Positions 1 through 9,303 of a stretch of 34,954 nucleotides of DNA are shown piece by piece (within the stretch, counting starts at the first letter, position 1; each line of letters starts with the position of its first letter). The notes under the pieces were generated by a model. That model saw only the letters and a program-made list of their open reading frames with translations. It was not told the DNA's origin and searched no databases. Source of the DNA: Abditibacteriaceae bacterium (lineage in GTDB: Bacteria > Armatimonadota > Abditibacteriia > Abditibacteriales > Abditibacteriaceae); assembly GCA_031372065.1 (NCBI GenBank), contig JANMKN010000281.1:1-34954 (forward strand), read 5' to 3'. The translations under genes and the position numbers were made by a program.

Positions 1-653
1 CTCCAACCAACGTGCGCCGCTGCGTCTTCGATAGTAACGGGCACTTCACGCGGCGCTTCCAAAAACGCTCTGGCGCGTTCGACGCGGCGCAACGCATCCG
101 GCCCGACATGGGAAAGCGACGATAACTTTTGGAGCAATTGCGCCTCGCGCGAAATATGCGCGATAGTCGCTGCCAACAGCGCTCCGGCGCTGCTTTGTGC
201 CATTTCGTCGCCTTGCGCGTATTCGCTTACAACCTCTTCCAGCAATCGCCGCACGCGCGGACGGCCTTTTAAATCAAGAAACGTTTTCTCTCCTAAATTC
301 CAATGCGGCACCGGGCGCGCGGTGCGAAAAAGTTGGTCTTCAATCGGGTCATCGGCAGCGCGAAATTGCGGCAGAAAATCGTCTTGAGGCGCCCAATCGA
401 AATGCACGCCGAGCAAACTCAGGCTTTGGTCGGGCACGGCGCGGAAAAAGTGCCATTGGCGCGGCAAAACAAGAAATAACGCGTCGGTTAGCGCCGCGTA
501 AATTTGTCCTTCGATGATAATTTCGCCGCGCCCCTTCATCACATAAACAAATTCATGATCGTAAATGCGACGCGGCGGCATTGCCGTGCCGGGGCCGTAT
601 AAAACCTGATTCGCCCAGCGAATAAAGGGCAGCGTGAAAGGCAGGGAGGTCAC
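1..653 (-). CDS. AraC-family transcriptional regulator (partial, runs off window start)
   Basis: Not in the ORF track. Manual minus-strand translation from GTG at 653 gives a cupin-like N-terminus (PRRIYDHEFVYVMKGRGEIIIEG...WHFF...GVHFDW) and the start of an AraC HTH (RRVERARAFLE...VTIEDAAAHVGW) at the window edge. Confidence 0.85.
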   Translation of the reverse strand, partial: MTSLPFTLPFIRWANQVLYGPGTAMPPRRIYDHEFVYVMKGRGEIIIEGQIYAALTDALFLVLPRQWHFFRAVPDQSLSLLGVHFDWAPQDDFLPQFRAADDPIEDQLFRTARPVPHWNLGEKTFLDLKGRPRVRRLLEEVVSEYAQGDEMAQSSAGALLAATIAHISREAQLLQKLSSLSHVGPDALRRVERARAFLEAPREVPVTIEDAAAHVGW

Positions 654-749
654 GCTTATAAATTAACGCGATTTGTTCATTCGTGTAATGCCGCATTTAA
701 CGCGCATGTAACTTGCCTGTGACCTGCCGCGATTAACCTGAAAGATGCC

Positions 750-3700
750 ATGATGCAGACTGATGCCAGGAATATCCGCAATACCTTGCTGGATAATTAT
801 TATCACGAAATCAAGACCGTTATTTTATCGCGGCAAAACCCCGTCACGGGTTTGTTGCCAGCCAGCACCGCCATTACAGCGCATGGTGATTACACCGATG
901 CGTGGGTGCGCGACAACGTCTACAGCATTTTGGCGGCGTGGGGATTGGCTTTGGCGTATCGAAAAGTGGACGCCGATGGCGGGCGCGCTTATGAACTCGA
1001 AGGCTCAGTTGTCAAATTAATGCGCGGCCTTTTGTTCGCCATGATGCGCCAGGCGCCCAAAGTGGAAGCCTTCAAAAAAACGCAAGCGCCGCGCGATGCC
1101 TTGCACGCCAAATACAACACGCAAACCGGCGAAACCGTAGTCGGCGACGATAAATGGGGCCATCTGCAAGTTGATGCGACTTCGATTTATCTGCTCATGC
1201 TCGGCCAAATGACGGCTTCAGGTTTAAACATTATTCTCACCATTGATGAAGTTAATTTCGTGCAAAATTTGGTGTATTATGTGGGCCGCGCTTATCAAAC
1301 AGCGGATTATGGCATCTGGGAGCGCGGCAATAAAATCAACAGCGGTTTTCCCGAACTTAACGCCAGTTCCATCGGCATGGCAAAAGCCGCGCTCGAAGCC
1401 TTAAACGGCCTCGATTTGTTTGGCGTGCGCGGCTCTCAAGCCAGCGTGCTGCACGTTTTGCCTGATGAAATCGCGCGCGCGCAAATCACGCTCGAATCGC
1501 TTTTGCCGCGCGAATCGCGCTCCAAAGAAGTGGACGGCGCGCTACTTTCCATCATCGGTTTTCCGGCTTTTGCCGTCGAAAATAGCGAAGTAGCCGAGAA
1601 AACGCGGCGCCATATTATCGAAAGTCTGGGCGGCAATTACGGCTGCAAGCGTTTCTTGCGCGATGGGCATCAAACCGTTCTCGAAGACCACACGCGCTTA
1701 CATTATGAGCCGTGGGAACTGAAGCAATTTGAACATATCGAAAGCGAATGGCCGCTGTTTTTTACTTATTTGTGGCTGGATGCGCTTTATCGCCGCGACG
1801 AGGGCAACGCGCGTTTTTACGGCGAAAAATTGAAGCAGCTTTTAGTGGAGCACGATGGCATAAAACTCTTGCCGGAATTGTATTTTGTGCCCGCACAAAA
1901 CATCGAAGCCGAGAAAAAAGAACCGAAAAGCCAGACGCGCTTGCCCAACGAAAATTTGCCTTTAGTGTGGGCGCAAAGTCTGTATTATTTGGGCGGCATG
2001 ATGAGCGACGGGCTTTTGCATTTGAGCGATCTTGACCCGTTGGGGCGCCATCAACACATCGGCACGCCGCGCGAAACCCTTGTGCAAATCGCGCTTTTGG
2101 CCGAAGACGAAACGTTGCAAGCCGAACTGCAAACCGATGGTATCGAAAGCGAAACGCCCGATCAAATCGCGCCGATACAAGTGCGCCGCAGCGAAGAATT
2201 AGCGGGCGCTTATTTGCAAATCGGGCGCAACGACAAACTCAAATTAACGGGCCGTCCGATTCGCCGTTTGCGTAGTCTGACGACTTCCAAGGTGTTTCGC
2301 ATTCGTGGCGAAATAATGGTCTTTTTGCCTTCGTTTGGCGATGCGCGCCATTTTTATTTGGCCTTCGACGAGCGCTTTTTCATCAAGCAAATCAAAAGCG
2401 AATTAGCCTATATCCGCCGCCGCTGGAAAGGCGCCGGGCGGCCCACCATGACGCTGCTCATCACGCGGGCGCAGTGGGAAAGCGGCAGCGAGGCGTTTAT
2501 CGAACTAATCGCCGAAATGCAAAGCGGCACTTGTGATGGCACACCGGTGCGCCTCGGCCATATCAATCAATTAGCAGGCGCCGGAGCGCGCGAACGCATT
2601 GATTTTTTACACGATTTTGCCTTTGAGGAAGAGCCTTTGTGCAACGCCGCGCCGCCGCGTTTTTATCTCACGACGGACATTGAAAGTAACATTCCTTTAT
2701 CGCCGCGCGAAGGCTTGTCCATCGAAGTCGAAAACGATGCCGAAGTTTTAATCAAGCGACTGCGTGTTTCGCGCAATTTGTATGAGCAAGCCGAATTGCT
2801 GCATCGCTTGGTAGATTTGCGCGGCATGGAATTGGGCGTCATGCCCGCCGATGAAAGCATTACGGTGCGCCGTCTTTTAGAAGATGTTTACCAACAAGCG
2901 GCGCGCGGCGATGCCCAAAAGCGGCCTTACTGGTCGGTGGTGCGCCGCGCCGCCGCGCTTTTGGGCAAAGTAGATTTTGCCTTGGCCGATGCCGTGACTG
3001 ATATTTTGGTGCGCCAAAAGCAAATCACAGTTGGCAAAGCGTATTTTGAAGATGCCTTAGTCACGCATCCGATTTTGCCGGACGATATGGTAGCAAAAAT
3101 TCGCCAATTTGCGGGCGAAGATTTGCGTGAAGTGGTTTTGACGCAGGAAATTTTAATTTTTTTGGGCTTGCTTTTGAAATCGGAGCCGGAAATTTTCAGC
3201 GATTTGCTCACACTGCGCGTCGGCTATTTTATTTTGCTCATCACAACAGAATTAGCCAACGAAAAAGCGATTCGCCAAGACGAAGCGCACGAATGTTTGA
3301 TGTCGCTGAGTCCCAGCGAAATTCAAAGCCGCCTGCGCCGCGTTTTGCAAGCGCGCGGCGAAACCGTCGTGACGCTGCGCCAGCAAGAATCGTTAGCCGT
3401 CAAAGGCAGCGAACAACTGCCGGAATTAAGCGAAGCCGTTTTGGAAGAGCCGACACCCGAAGGCGGCTGGATGAAAATGCGCAAGCGCCAAGGCACTTTG
3501 GGTCTTGTGCCCAAAGATTTTTATCCGCAAGTGTGGCAATTGATGCATCACTGTCAGGGCCTTGTCGTCGGCGATAAAATGGAGCGCCGCAATCGCTTGG
3601 AAAGCGCGTCGCTATTGGCCGAAATGACCGCCGAAGAAAACAACTTCGCGATTTGGGTGGAGCACCTGCTCAATAAAATCGAGTTCCCCGAATACCGTCA

Positions 3701-3956
3701 ACTCAACATCGAAGCCTTGCAAGCCTTGGCGAATTTGACGCGCCACGCCGATGATTTATGGATTGACGATTTCATCACAATGGACGTTTTAATCGGCCAC
3801 GCCGTGCGCCAAGCGTGGCTTGAAAACCATCTCGAACGCGCCGCAAATTACGATGAAGACAAAGTAGCCGCATGGCAAAACTTTTATGAAAGCCCGCCTT
3901 CCACCTGCGCCCGCTGCGTCGGCAAAGCCTTCCTCTTTTTGAGCGAAGCAAATTGA
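750..3956 (+). CDS. Glycoside hydrolase family 15 / phosphorylase kinase alpha-beta-like protein
   Basis: 1068 aa; motifs RQNPVTGLLPAS, DAWVRDNVY, WGHLQVDA, DYGIWERGNK, YGCKRFLRDG and ESEWPLF are typical of PhK alpha/beta-like GH15 proteins. Confidence 0.85.
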   Translation: MMQTDARNIRNTLLDNYYHEIKTVILSRQNPVTGLLPASTAITAHGDYTDAWVRDNVYSILAAWGLALAYRKVDADGGRAYELEGSVVKLMRGLLFAMMRQAPKVEAFKKTQAPRDALHAKYNTQTGETVVGDDKWGHLQVDATSIYLLMLGQMTASGLNIILTIDEVNFVQNLVYYVGRAYQTADYGIWERGNKINSGFPELNASSIGMAKAALEALNGLDLFGVRGSQASVLHVLPDEIARAQITLESLLPRESRSKEVDGALLSIIGFPAFAVENSEVAEKTRRHIIESLGGNYGCKRFLRDGHQTVLEDHTRLHYEPWELKQFEHIESEWPLFFTYLWLDALYRRDEGNARFYGEKLKQLLVEHDGIKLLPELYFVPAQNIEAEKKEPKSQTRLPNENLPLVWAQSLYYLGGMMSDGLLHLSDLDPLGRHQHIGTPRETLVQIALLAEDETLQAELQTDGIESETPDQIAPIQVRRSEELAGAYLQIGRNDKLKLTGRPIRRLRSLTTSKVFRIRGEIMVFLPSFGDARHFYLAFDERFFIKQIKSELAYIRRRWKGAGRPTMTLLITRAQWESGSEAFIELIAEMQSGTCDGTPVRLGHINQLAGAGARERIDFLHDFAFEEEPLCNAAPPRFYLTTDIESNIPLSPREGLSIEVENDAEVLIKRLRVSRNLYEQAELLHRLVDLRGMELGVMPADESITVRRLLEDVYQQAARGDAQKRPYWSVVRRAAALLGKVDFALADAVTDILVRQKQITVGKAYFEDALVTHPILPDDMVAKIRQFAGEDLREVVLTQEILIFLGLLLKSEPEIFSDLLTLRVGYFILLITTELANEKAIRQDEAHECLMSLSPSEIQSRLRRVLQARGETVVTLRQQESLAVKGSEQLPELSEAVLEEPTPEGGWMKMRKRQGTLGLVPKDFYPQVWQLMHHCQGLVVGDKMERRNRLESASLLAEMTAEENNFAIWVEHLLNKIEFPEYRQLNIEALQALANLTRHADDLWIDDFITMDVLIGHAVRQAWLENHLERAANYDEDKVAAWQNFYESPPSTCARCVGKAFLFLSEAN

Positions 3957-4030
3957 TTTAGAACCACGGATGGACACAGATAAACACGGATGATTTTGAT
4001 TGTCTCAATCTGCGTTTATCCGTGGCTAAA
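3957..4030. repeat. Imperfect palindromic element built from ~10-bp ACAC(A/G)GAT subrepeats
   Basis: Left arm tttagaaccacggatggacacagataaacacggat; right arm atctgcgtttatccgtggctaaa is its approximate reverse complement; lies between convergent genes. Confidence 0.75.
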
Positions 4031-4031
4031 A

Positions 4032-4066
4032 TCACAGTTCGTAATTCAAGTTCGGCCTCAACCAGC
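4032..4066 (-). pseudogene. Orphan duplicate of the metH 3' tail (WLRPNLNYEL*)
   Basis: 29/35 nt identical to 4548-4582, the metH end ([10 protein letters not shown]), by manual alignment. Confidence 0.8.
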
Positions 4067-4074
4067 ACAATTCA

Positions 4075-4551
4075 TTAATCTTCGTGTTTGACCTTTGATT
4101 TATCAACTGATGACACATACAGGAGAGCCAACGACCAAATAATTGGAAAGCCATAGTTAACGAAAAATAACAATAGTGTGGGCCATAGTTGATAATAAGT
4201 TACGGCTTGAGGCCCTTTACGATAGTTTTCAACGATAGCACTGCCAAGCAACATATAAGCAAGAAAGAAAAGCAAAGCAGCCAGAATTAACCAACTGCTC
4301 TTTTTGAATATTTCATGCTGGAATTTTTTATTGTGTTGAAACTCTCTGCCGATACTTGTGACGAAGCCAAGGCAAGCACCAATCGGTATAATCAAAACGC
4401 CAACATGGTTGTTCCAACCCAAGTCAATTTTCTGTGTTCCAAAAATGAAGTGCAGAGCAATCGCAGCCGCAATTGCGGCTGCAATGCCTATGAATCCACT
4501 CATTATGTTACGCAACGTGATTACAAACGAAGTTGGCATAAATTCACTCAC
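4075..4551 (-). CDS. Hypothetical membrane protein (about 4 TM segments)
   Basis: 158 aa with hydrophobic stretches; GTG start overlaps the metH stop (GTGA); visibly more AT-rich than its neighbours. Confidence 0.7.
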   Translation of the reverse strand: MSEFMPTSFVITLRNIMSGFIGIAAAIAAAIALHFIFGTQKIDLGWNNHVGVLIIPIGACLGFVTSIGREFQHNKKFQHEIFKKSSWLILAALLFFLAYMLLGSAIVENYRKGPQAVTYYQLWPTLLLFFVNYGFPIIWSLALLYVSSVDKSKVKHED

Positions 4552-7500
4552 GGTTCGTAATTGAGGTTCGGCGCCAGCCAGCGTTCGGCTTCGCGCAGTT
4601 CCATGCCGCTGCGTTTGGCGTAATCTTCGACTTGATCTTGGCCTAATTTACCTACCGCGAAATAATGCGCTTGCGGATGCGCCAAATAAATGCCGCTGAC
4701 CGAACTGGCGGGTAGCATGGCATAGTTTTCGGTTAGTTCGATGTGCGCCTTGCGCTCGGCATCTAATAAATCGAAAAGCGCGCGTTTGGGCGTGTGATCG
4801 GGGCACGCCGGATAGCCAAAGGCCGGGCGAATGCCCCGATATTTTTCCCCTATTAAATCGGCGTTTTGCAAGTTTTCGTTTTCATAACCCCACTCGCGGC
4901 GCGCCCCAGCGTGCAGATATTCGGCGAAGGCTTCGGCCAAACGGTCCGCGAGCGCTTTTGCCATGATGGAATTGTAATCGTCGTGCTGTTTTTCAAATTC
5001 GGCCACTAATTTATCGAGTCCGATGCCCGCTGTCACGGCAAACGCGCCGATATAATCGGGCAGGCCCGTTTCGCGCGGCGCGACGAAATCGGCCAGCGAA
5101 ATATCAAAGCGCCCTTCGGCTTTATCAATCTGCTGACGCAGCATGGGAAAACGGGCAATTTCTTCATCGCGCGCTTCGTTTTTATACAGCACAATGTCGT
5201 CGCCTTCGGAATTGGCCGCGAAGAAACCGTAACTGGCGCGCGCCGTGAGCGATTGGCGTTTGACGATGCGATCCAGTAATTTCTGCGCGTCTTCAAATAG
5301 CTCTCGTGCTTTTTCGCCAACGATTTCATCCTCGAAAATTTGCGGATAAGTGCCTTTGAGTTCCCACGTTGCGAAAAACGGCGACCAGTCAATGAAAGGC
5401 AGCAATTCTTCCAATGGAATTTTGTTGAGCATCCGCACACCGAGAAATTCCGGCTTTGCCACATCTTCCGCTTTCCATTCAATTGGGAAGCGGCGTTTGC
5501 GGGCTTCTTTGAGAGAAAGCAGCGGCTTGGCGTCGCGTTTGGCGGCGTGTGCCACTCGGTCTTTTTCCTGTGCCGCTTTGGTTTGCGCCACAAATGCTTC
5601 GCTCTGGTCACTCAGCAAATTCGATACAACGCCCACGGCGCGCGAGGCATCCAGAACATGAACAACCGTGCCGCTGTAATGCTGGGCAATTTTCACGGCC
5701 GTATGAATGCGACTTGTCGTGGCGCCGCCGATGAGCAGGGGCACGCTCCAGCCTTCGCGTGTCATTTCGCGCGCGACGTGCGCCATTTCGTCGAGAGAAG
5801 GCGTAATTAAACCCGAAAGGCCGATAATATCAGCGCCCACTTCGCGCGCCTTGTCGAGAATCTTCTCGCATGGCACCATGACGCCCATGTCAATGACTTC
5901 GTAATTGTTGCAGCCGAGAACAACGCCCACGATGTTTTTGCCGATGTCATGCACATCGCCTTTGACGGTTGCCAAAACGATTTTGCCTTGCGCTTTGGCG
6001 CCTGTTGCAGCCTTTTCTTCTTCCATGAAGGGCAGCAAATACGCCACGGATTTTTTCATGACGCGCGCCGATTTCACAACTTGCGGCAGGAACATTTTAC
6101 CCGCGCCAAATAAATCGCCGACGATGTTCATGCCGTCCATCAGCGGGCCTTCGATAACCAAAAGCGGGCGCCCATATTTAGCGCGTGCTTCTTCGGTATC
6201 GGCGTCAATGTAAAGGTCAATTCCCTTAACAAGAGCGTGCGAAAGGCGCTCTTCGACGGTGCCTTCGCGCCACGCTTCGGTTTGCACTTCGCCTTTTTCT
6301 TTGGCCTTAACGGTTTCGGCAAAGTCCACCAAACGCTCGGTGGCGTCGGGGCGGCGATTGAGCAAAACGTCTTCGACTAAAACCAATAATTGTGGCTCGA
6401 TTTCTTCATAAACTTCGAGCATTCCGGCGTTGACGATGCCCATGTCGAGGCCCGCTTCAATGGCGTGTTTGAGAAACGCGCCGTGCATCGCTTCGCGGAC
6501 GGGATTGTTGCCGCGAAAGCTGAACGAAATGTTGGAAACGCCGCCCGAAACTTTGCAGCCGGGCAAGTTTTCTTTGATCCAGCGCGTGGCGTTTATGAAA
6601 TCAACCGCATAGTTATTGTGTTCTTCGAGGCCAGTTGCCACTGTGAGAATATTCGGGTCGAAAATGATGTCTTGCGGCGGCACACCAACTTCTTCCACAA
6701 GAATTTTGTAACAGCGCGCGCAAATATCAATGCGTTTTTGGTAATCATCGGCTTGACCGTTTTCGTCGAACGCCATGACGACCATGCCTGCGCCATATTG
6801 ACGAATGAGGCGGGCGCGGCGACGAAACTCATCTTCGCCTTCTTTGAGCGAAATCGAGTTGACAATACCCTTGCCCTGCAAGCATTTGAGGCCCGCTTCA
6901 AGCACGCTCCACTTGGAACTATCCACCATAATTGGCGCTTTAGCGATGTCTGTCTCGGCGCCGATAAAATTCAAAAACTTGGTCATCATCGCTTCGGAGT
7001 CGAGTAAGCCCTCATCGAAGTTCACGTCAATAATATTGGCACCGTTTTCGACTTGCTGGCGGGCAATGGCAAGCGCTTCGTCCAATTTGCCTTCACGCAC
7101 AAGGCGCGCGAACTTTGGCGAACCGGTTACGTTGGTGCGTTCGCCAACCAGCGTAAAATTGCTTTCAGGGCGAATGACAAACGCTTCCAAGCCGCTAAAG
7201 CGAGAGTTGGATGATGGTTTTGGCACTTTGCGCGGCGCGAACTCTTGCACGGCTTCTTTGATGGCTTTGATATGCGCGGGCGTAGTGCCGCAGCAGCCGC
7301 CGACGATATTCAACCAGCCGTTTTGCGCCCATTCACGTAGCTGAGGCGCCATCGTCTCCGGCGTTTCGGGAAATCCGGTTTCGGAAAGCGGATCGGGCAT
7401 TCCGGCATTGGGATAAACGCAAAAATAAACCGGAGCTAAGGCACTTAATTCCTCAACATGGGGACGCATTTCTTTGGGACCAAGAGCGCAATTAAGGCCT

Positions 7501-8177
7501 ACTGAAAGCAACGGGACGTGAGATAATGCAGTCCAGAACGCTTCAATAGTCTGGGCAATCATGGTGCGCCCTGAATTATCAACGATAGTGCCCGAAGCCA
7601 TCAGCGGCACGCGTCGTCCGAGTTGCGCGAACACGTCTTCGATGGCGAAAAACGCCGCTTTCATGTTCAGCGTGTCGAAACCGGTTTCTACCAAGAGCAA
7701 ATCGGCTCCGGCATCTAAAAGTGCTGTGGCTTGCTCGGCGTAGGCGGCGCGCACTTCCTCCCATGTCACGCCGCGTTTGGAGGCATCGTTGATGTCCACA
7801 ACGGTGCAAAGACCTTTGGTCATTGGCCCTAATGCACCTGCAACGAAACGCGGCTTGCCATCTTTGGCAATTGCTTTATCAACCGCATTGCGCGCCAATT
7901 GCACCCCGGCGCGGTTCAACTCGCCGACCAAATCGGCTATGCCAAAATGCGCCATATCAATGGCGTTGCAATTGAAGGTGTTGGTTTCAATGATGTCGGG
8001 CCGCACCAGATTCAGCGCATCGTTGTTGTTTTTGAGGTTGAAGGGATGTGTAGCAAAGCGCTCGCCGCGATAATCGGCTTCCTCGAATTTGTGGCGTTGA
8101 ATCATGGTGCCCATAGCGCCGTCGAGAATCAAGATGCGCTCGTCGAGCAGGGCGTGAATTGTTGTAAAGGTATCCAT
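4548..8177 (-). CDS. metH: Cobalamin-dependent methionine synthase
   Basis: [17 protein letters not shown] and GGCCGT (Zn ligands), GERTNVTGS (pterin domain), DVHDIGKN and SGL (B12 binding), [12 protein letters not shown] (activation domain). ATG at 8177 preferred over the ORF-track start at 8198. Confidence 0.97.
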   Translation of the reverse strand: MDTFTTIHALLDERILILDGAMGTMIQRHKFEEADYRGERFATHPFNLKNNNDALNLVRPDIIETNTFNCNAIDMAHFGIADLVGELNRAGVQLARNAVDKAIAKDGKPRFVAGALGPMTKGLCTVVDINDASKRGVTWEEVRAAYAEQATALLDAGADLLLVETGFDTLNMKAAFFAIEDVFAQLGRRVPLMASGTIVDNSGRTMIAQTIEAFWTALSHVPLLSVGLNCALGPKEMRPHVEELSALAPVYFCVYPNAGMPDPLSETGFPETPETMAPQLREWAQNGWLNIVGGCCGTTPAHIKAIKEAVQEFAPRKVPKPSSNSRFSGLEAFVIRPESNFTLVGERTNVTGSPKFARLVREGKLDEALAIARQQVENGANIIDVNFDEGLLDSEAMMTKFLNFIGAETDIAKAPIMVDSSKWSVLEAGLKCLQGKGIVNSISLKEGEDEFRRRARLIRQYGAGMVVMAFDENGQADDYQKRIDICARCYKILVEEVGVPPQDIIFDPNILTVATGLEEHNNYAVDFINATRWIKENLPGCKVSGGVSNISFSFRGNNPVREAMHGAFLKHAIEAGLDMGIVNAGMLEVYEEIEPQLLVLVEDVLLNRRPDATERLVDFAETVKAKEKGEVQTEAWREGTVEERLSHALVKGIDLYIDADTEEARAKYGRPLLVIEGPLMDGMNIVGDLFGAGKMFLPQVVKSARVMKKSVAYLLPFMEEEKAATGAKAQGKIVLATVKGDVHDIGKNIVGVVLGCNNYEVIDMGVMVPCEKILDKAREVGADIIGLSGLITPSLDEMAHVAREMTREGWSVPLLIGGATTSRIHTAVKIAQHYSGTVVHVLDASRAVGVVSNLLSDQSEAFVAQTKAAQEKDRVAHAAKRDAKPLLSLKEARKRRFPIEWKAEDVAKPEFLGVRMLNKIPLEELLPFIDWSPFFATWELKGTYPQIFEDEIVGEKARELFEDAQKLLDRIVKRQSLTARASYGFFAANSEGDDIVLYKNEARDEEIARFPMLRQQIDKAEGRFDISLADFVAPRETGLPDYIGAFAVTAGIGLDKLVAEFEKQHDDYNSIMAKALADRLAEAFAEYLHAGARREWGYENENLQNADLIGEKYRGIRPAFGYPACPDHTPKRALFDLLDAERKAHIELTENYAMLPASSVSGIYLAHPQAHYFAVGKLGQDQVEDYAKRSGMELREAERWLAPNLNYEP

Positions 8178-8428
8178 AAGCGTTAAAGATTTTAACAAAC
8201 GCCATCTTATCGCTTAGGTTTCGCTGTAAGTATTGTTAATGGAATAAAGAGTTAGGCGCCGGGCGATTGATTTTTGGTGGCACCTGAAAGACACACCTGA
8301 GGCCGCTTTGTGAATATAATCTCCCTCAGGCGATAATTGGGGCTTGCCTTCGCAAGGGTTGGATTTTGGAGTTTTTGTCCTGCTTTTGATATAACAGCAG
8401 TCAAATAGATTCTTCAGGCAACTTAAAG

Positions 8429-9229
8429 TCATGGCGCAAGTTGTTGCCTGAGCCACGCCGGACGATTGGTTGTGATACCTTGGGCACCGATGTTCAGTAA
8501 ATGGCGTGCGACGTTTTCATCATCCACTGTCCAAAAATAAATGAGCAGACCGGCGTCTTTGATTTTTTGGATGCCTTCTTTATCCAGCGGCGCCGAAAAA
8601 TGCAAATTCAGGCCATCTAAATGCGCTGCTTTGGCTTTTTGGATGAGTTCATGCACCGGCGGCGAAACAATGCTTGTATCTTTATCTTTCTTAAAACTGG
8701 ACAAATACAAAACTGGAATTCGCGGAAACAATTGCTTGGCTTGTTTCATCGTTTCGTAGCCGAAGCCAATAATGACCAATTCTTCGTTTTTGCGATGCGA
8801 GGCTTGTAACACGCGCTGCAATTCCGGCAAAACTTCCGGCCCACATTTGATTTCGATTACTAATTTTTTGCCTTGCGGGATAATCGCCAGCACTTCGTCT
8901 AACGTCGGAATTTTCTCGTTTTTCCACTGCACACCTTTCCATGAACCAGCATCCAAGGTGCGCAGTTCGTCTAATGTTTGGTCAACGATTTTTTTATCCA
9001 AACCGGCGGTGCGCTTGGTGTTATCATCGTGGATGACGATGATTTTTCCGTCTTTACTCTGATGAATATCCAATTCTACGCTATTGGCCTTTTGCTCCCA
9101 GCCCAGTTTGAAAGCGGCCAGTGTGTTTTCCGGCGCCTCATGAGACGCGCCGCGATGCGCGATGATTTCCACTGCAAAAACTCCGTTCATGATGATTAAT
9201 GTGAGTGCAACCGTCAAAAGTTTTTTCAT
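8429..9229 (-). CDS. Glycerophosphodiester phosphodiesterase (GDPD family), probably exported
   Basis: IIAHRGAS..APENTLAAF, ELDIH, IHD, IEIK, WTVD, GITTNRP; N-terminal signal-like segment. Confidence 0.93.
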   Translation of the reverse strand: MKKLLTVALTLIIMNGVFAVEIIAHRGASHEAPENTLAAFKLGWEQKANSVELDIHQSKDGKIIVIHDDNTKRTAGLDKKIVDQTLDELRTLDAGSWKGVQWKNEKIPTLDEVLAIIPQGKKLVIEIKCGPEVLPELQRVLQASHRKNEELVIIGFGYETMKQAKQLFPRIPVLYLSSFKKDKDTSIVSPPVHELIQKAKAAHLDGLNLHFSAPLDKEGIQKIKDAGLLIYFWTVDDENVARHLLNIGAQGITTNRPAWLRQQLAP

Positions 9230-9303
9230 GGTTTTGTGCCGAAATTACCTTTTAAAAGTGTCTATGACAAAACCAAATTCCAAGACACTTACAAGGTGCA
9301 GTC

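Noticed and set aside
197..517. 106-aa plus-strand ORF
   Set aside because: Antisense shadow of the minus-strand AraC gene, which has clear motifs.
8270..8360. Glycine or SAH riboswitch upstream of metH
   Set aside because: Only fragments resemble the consensus (ctttcaggtg, cctgagg/cctcagg); the core ligand-binding motifs are absent or out of order.
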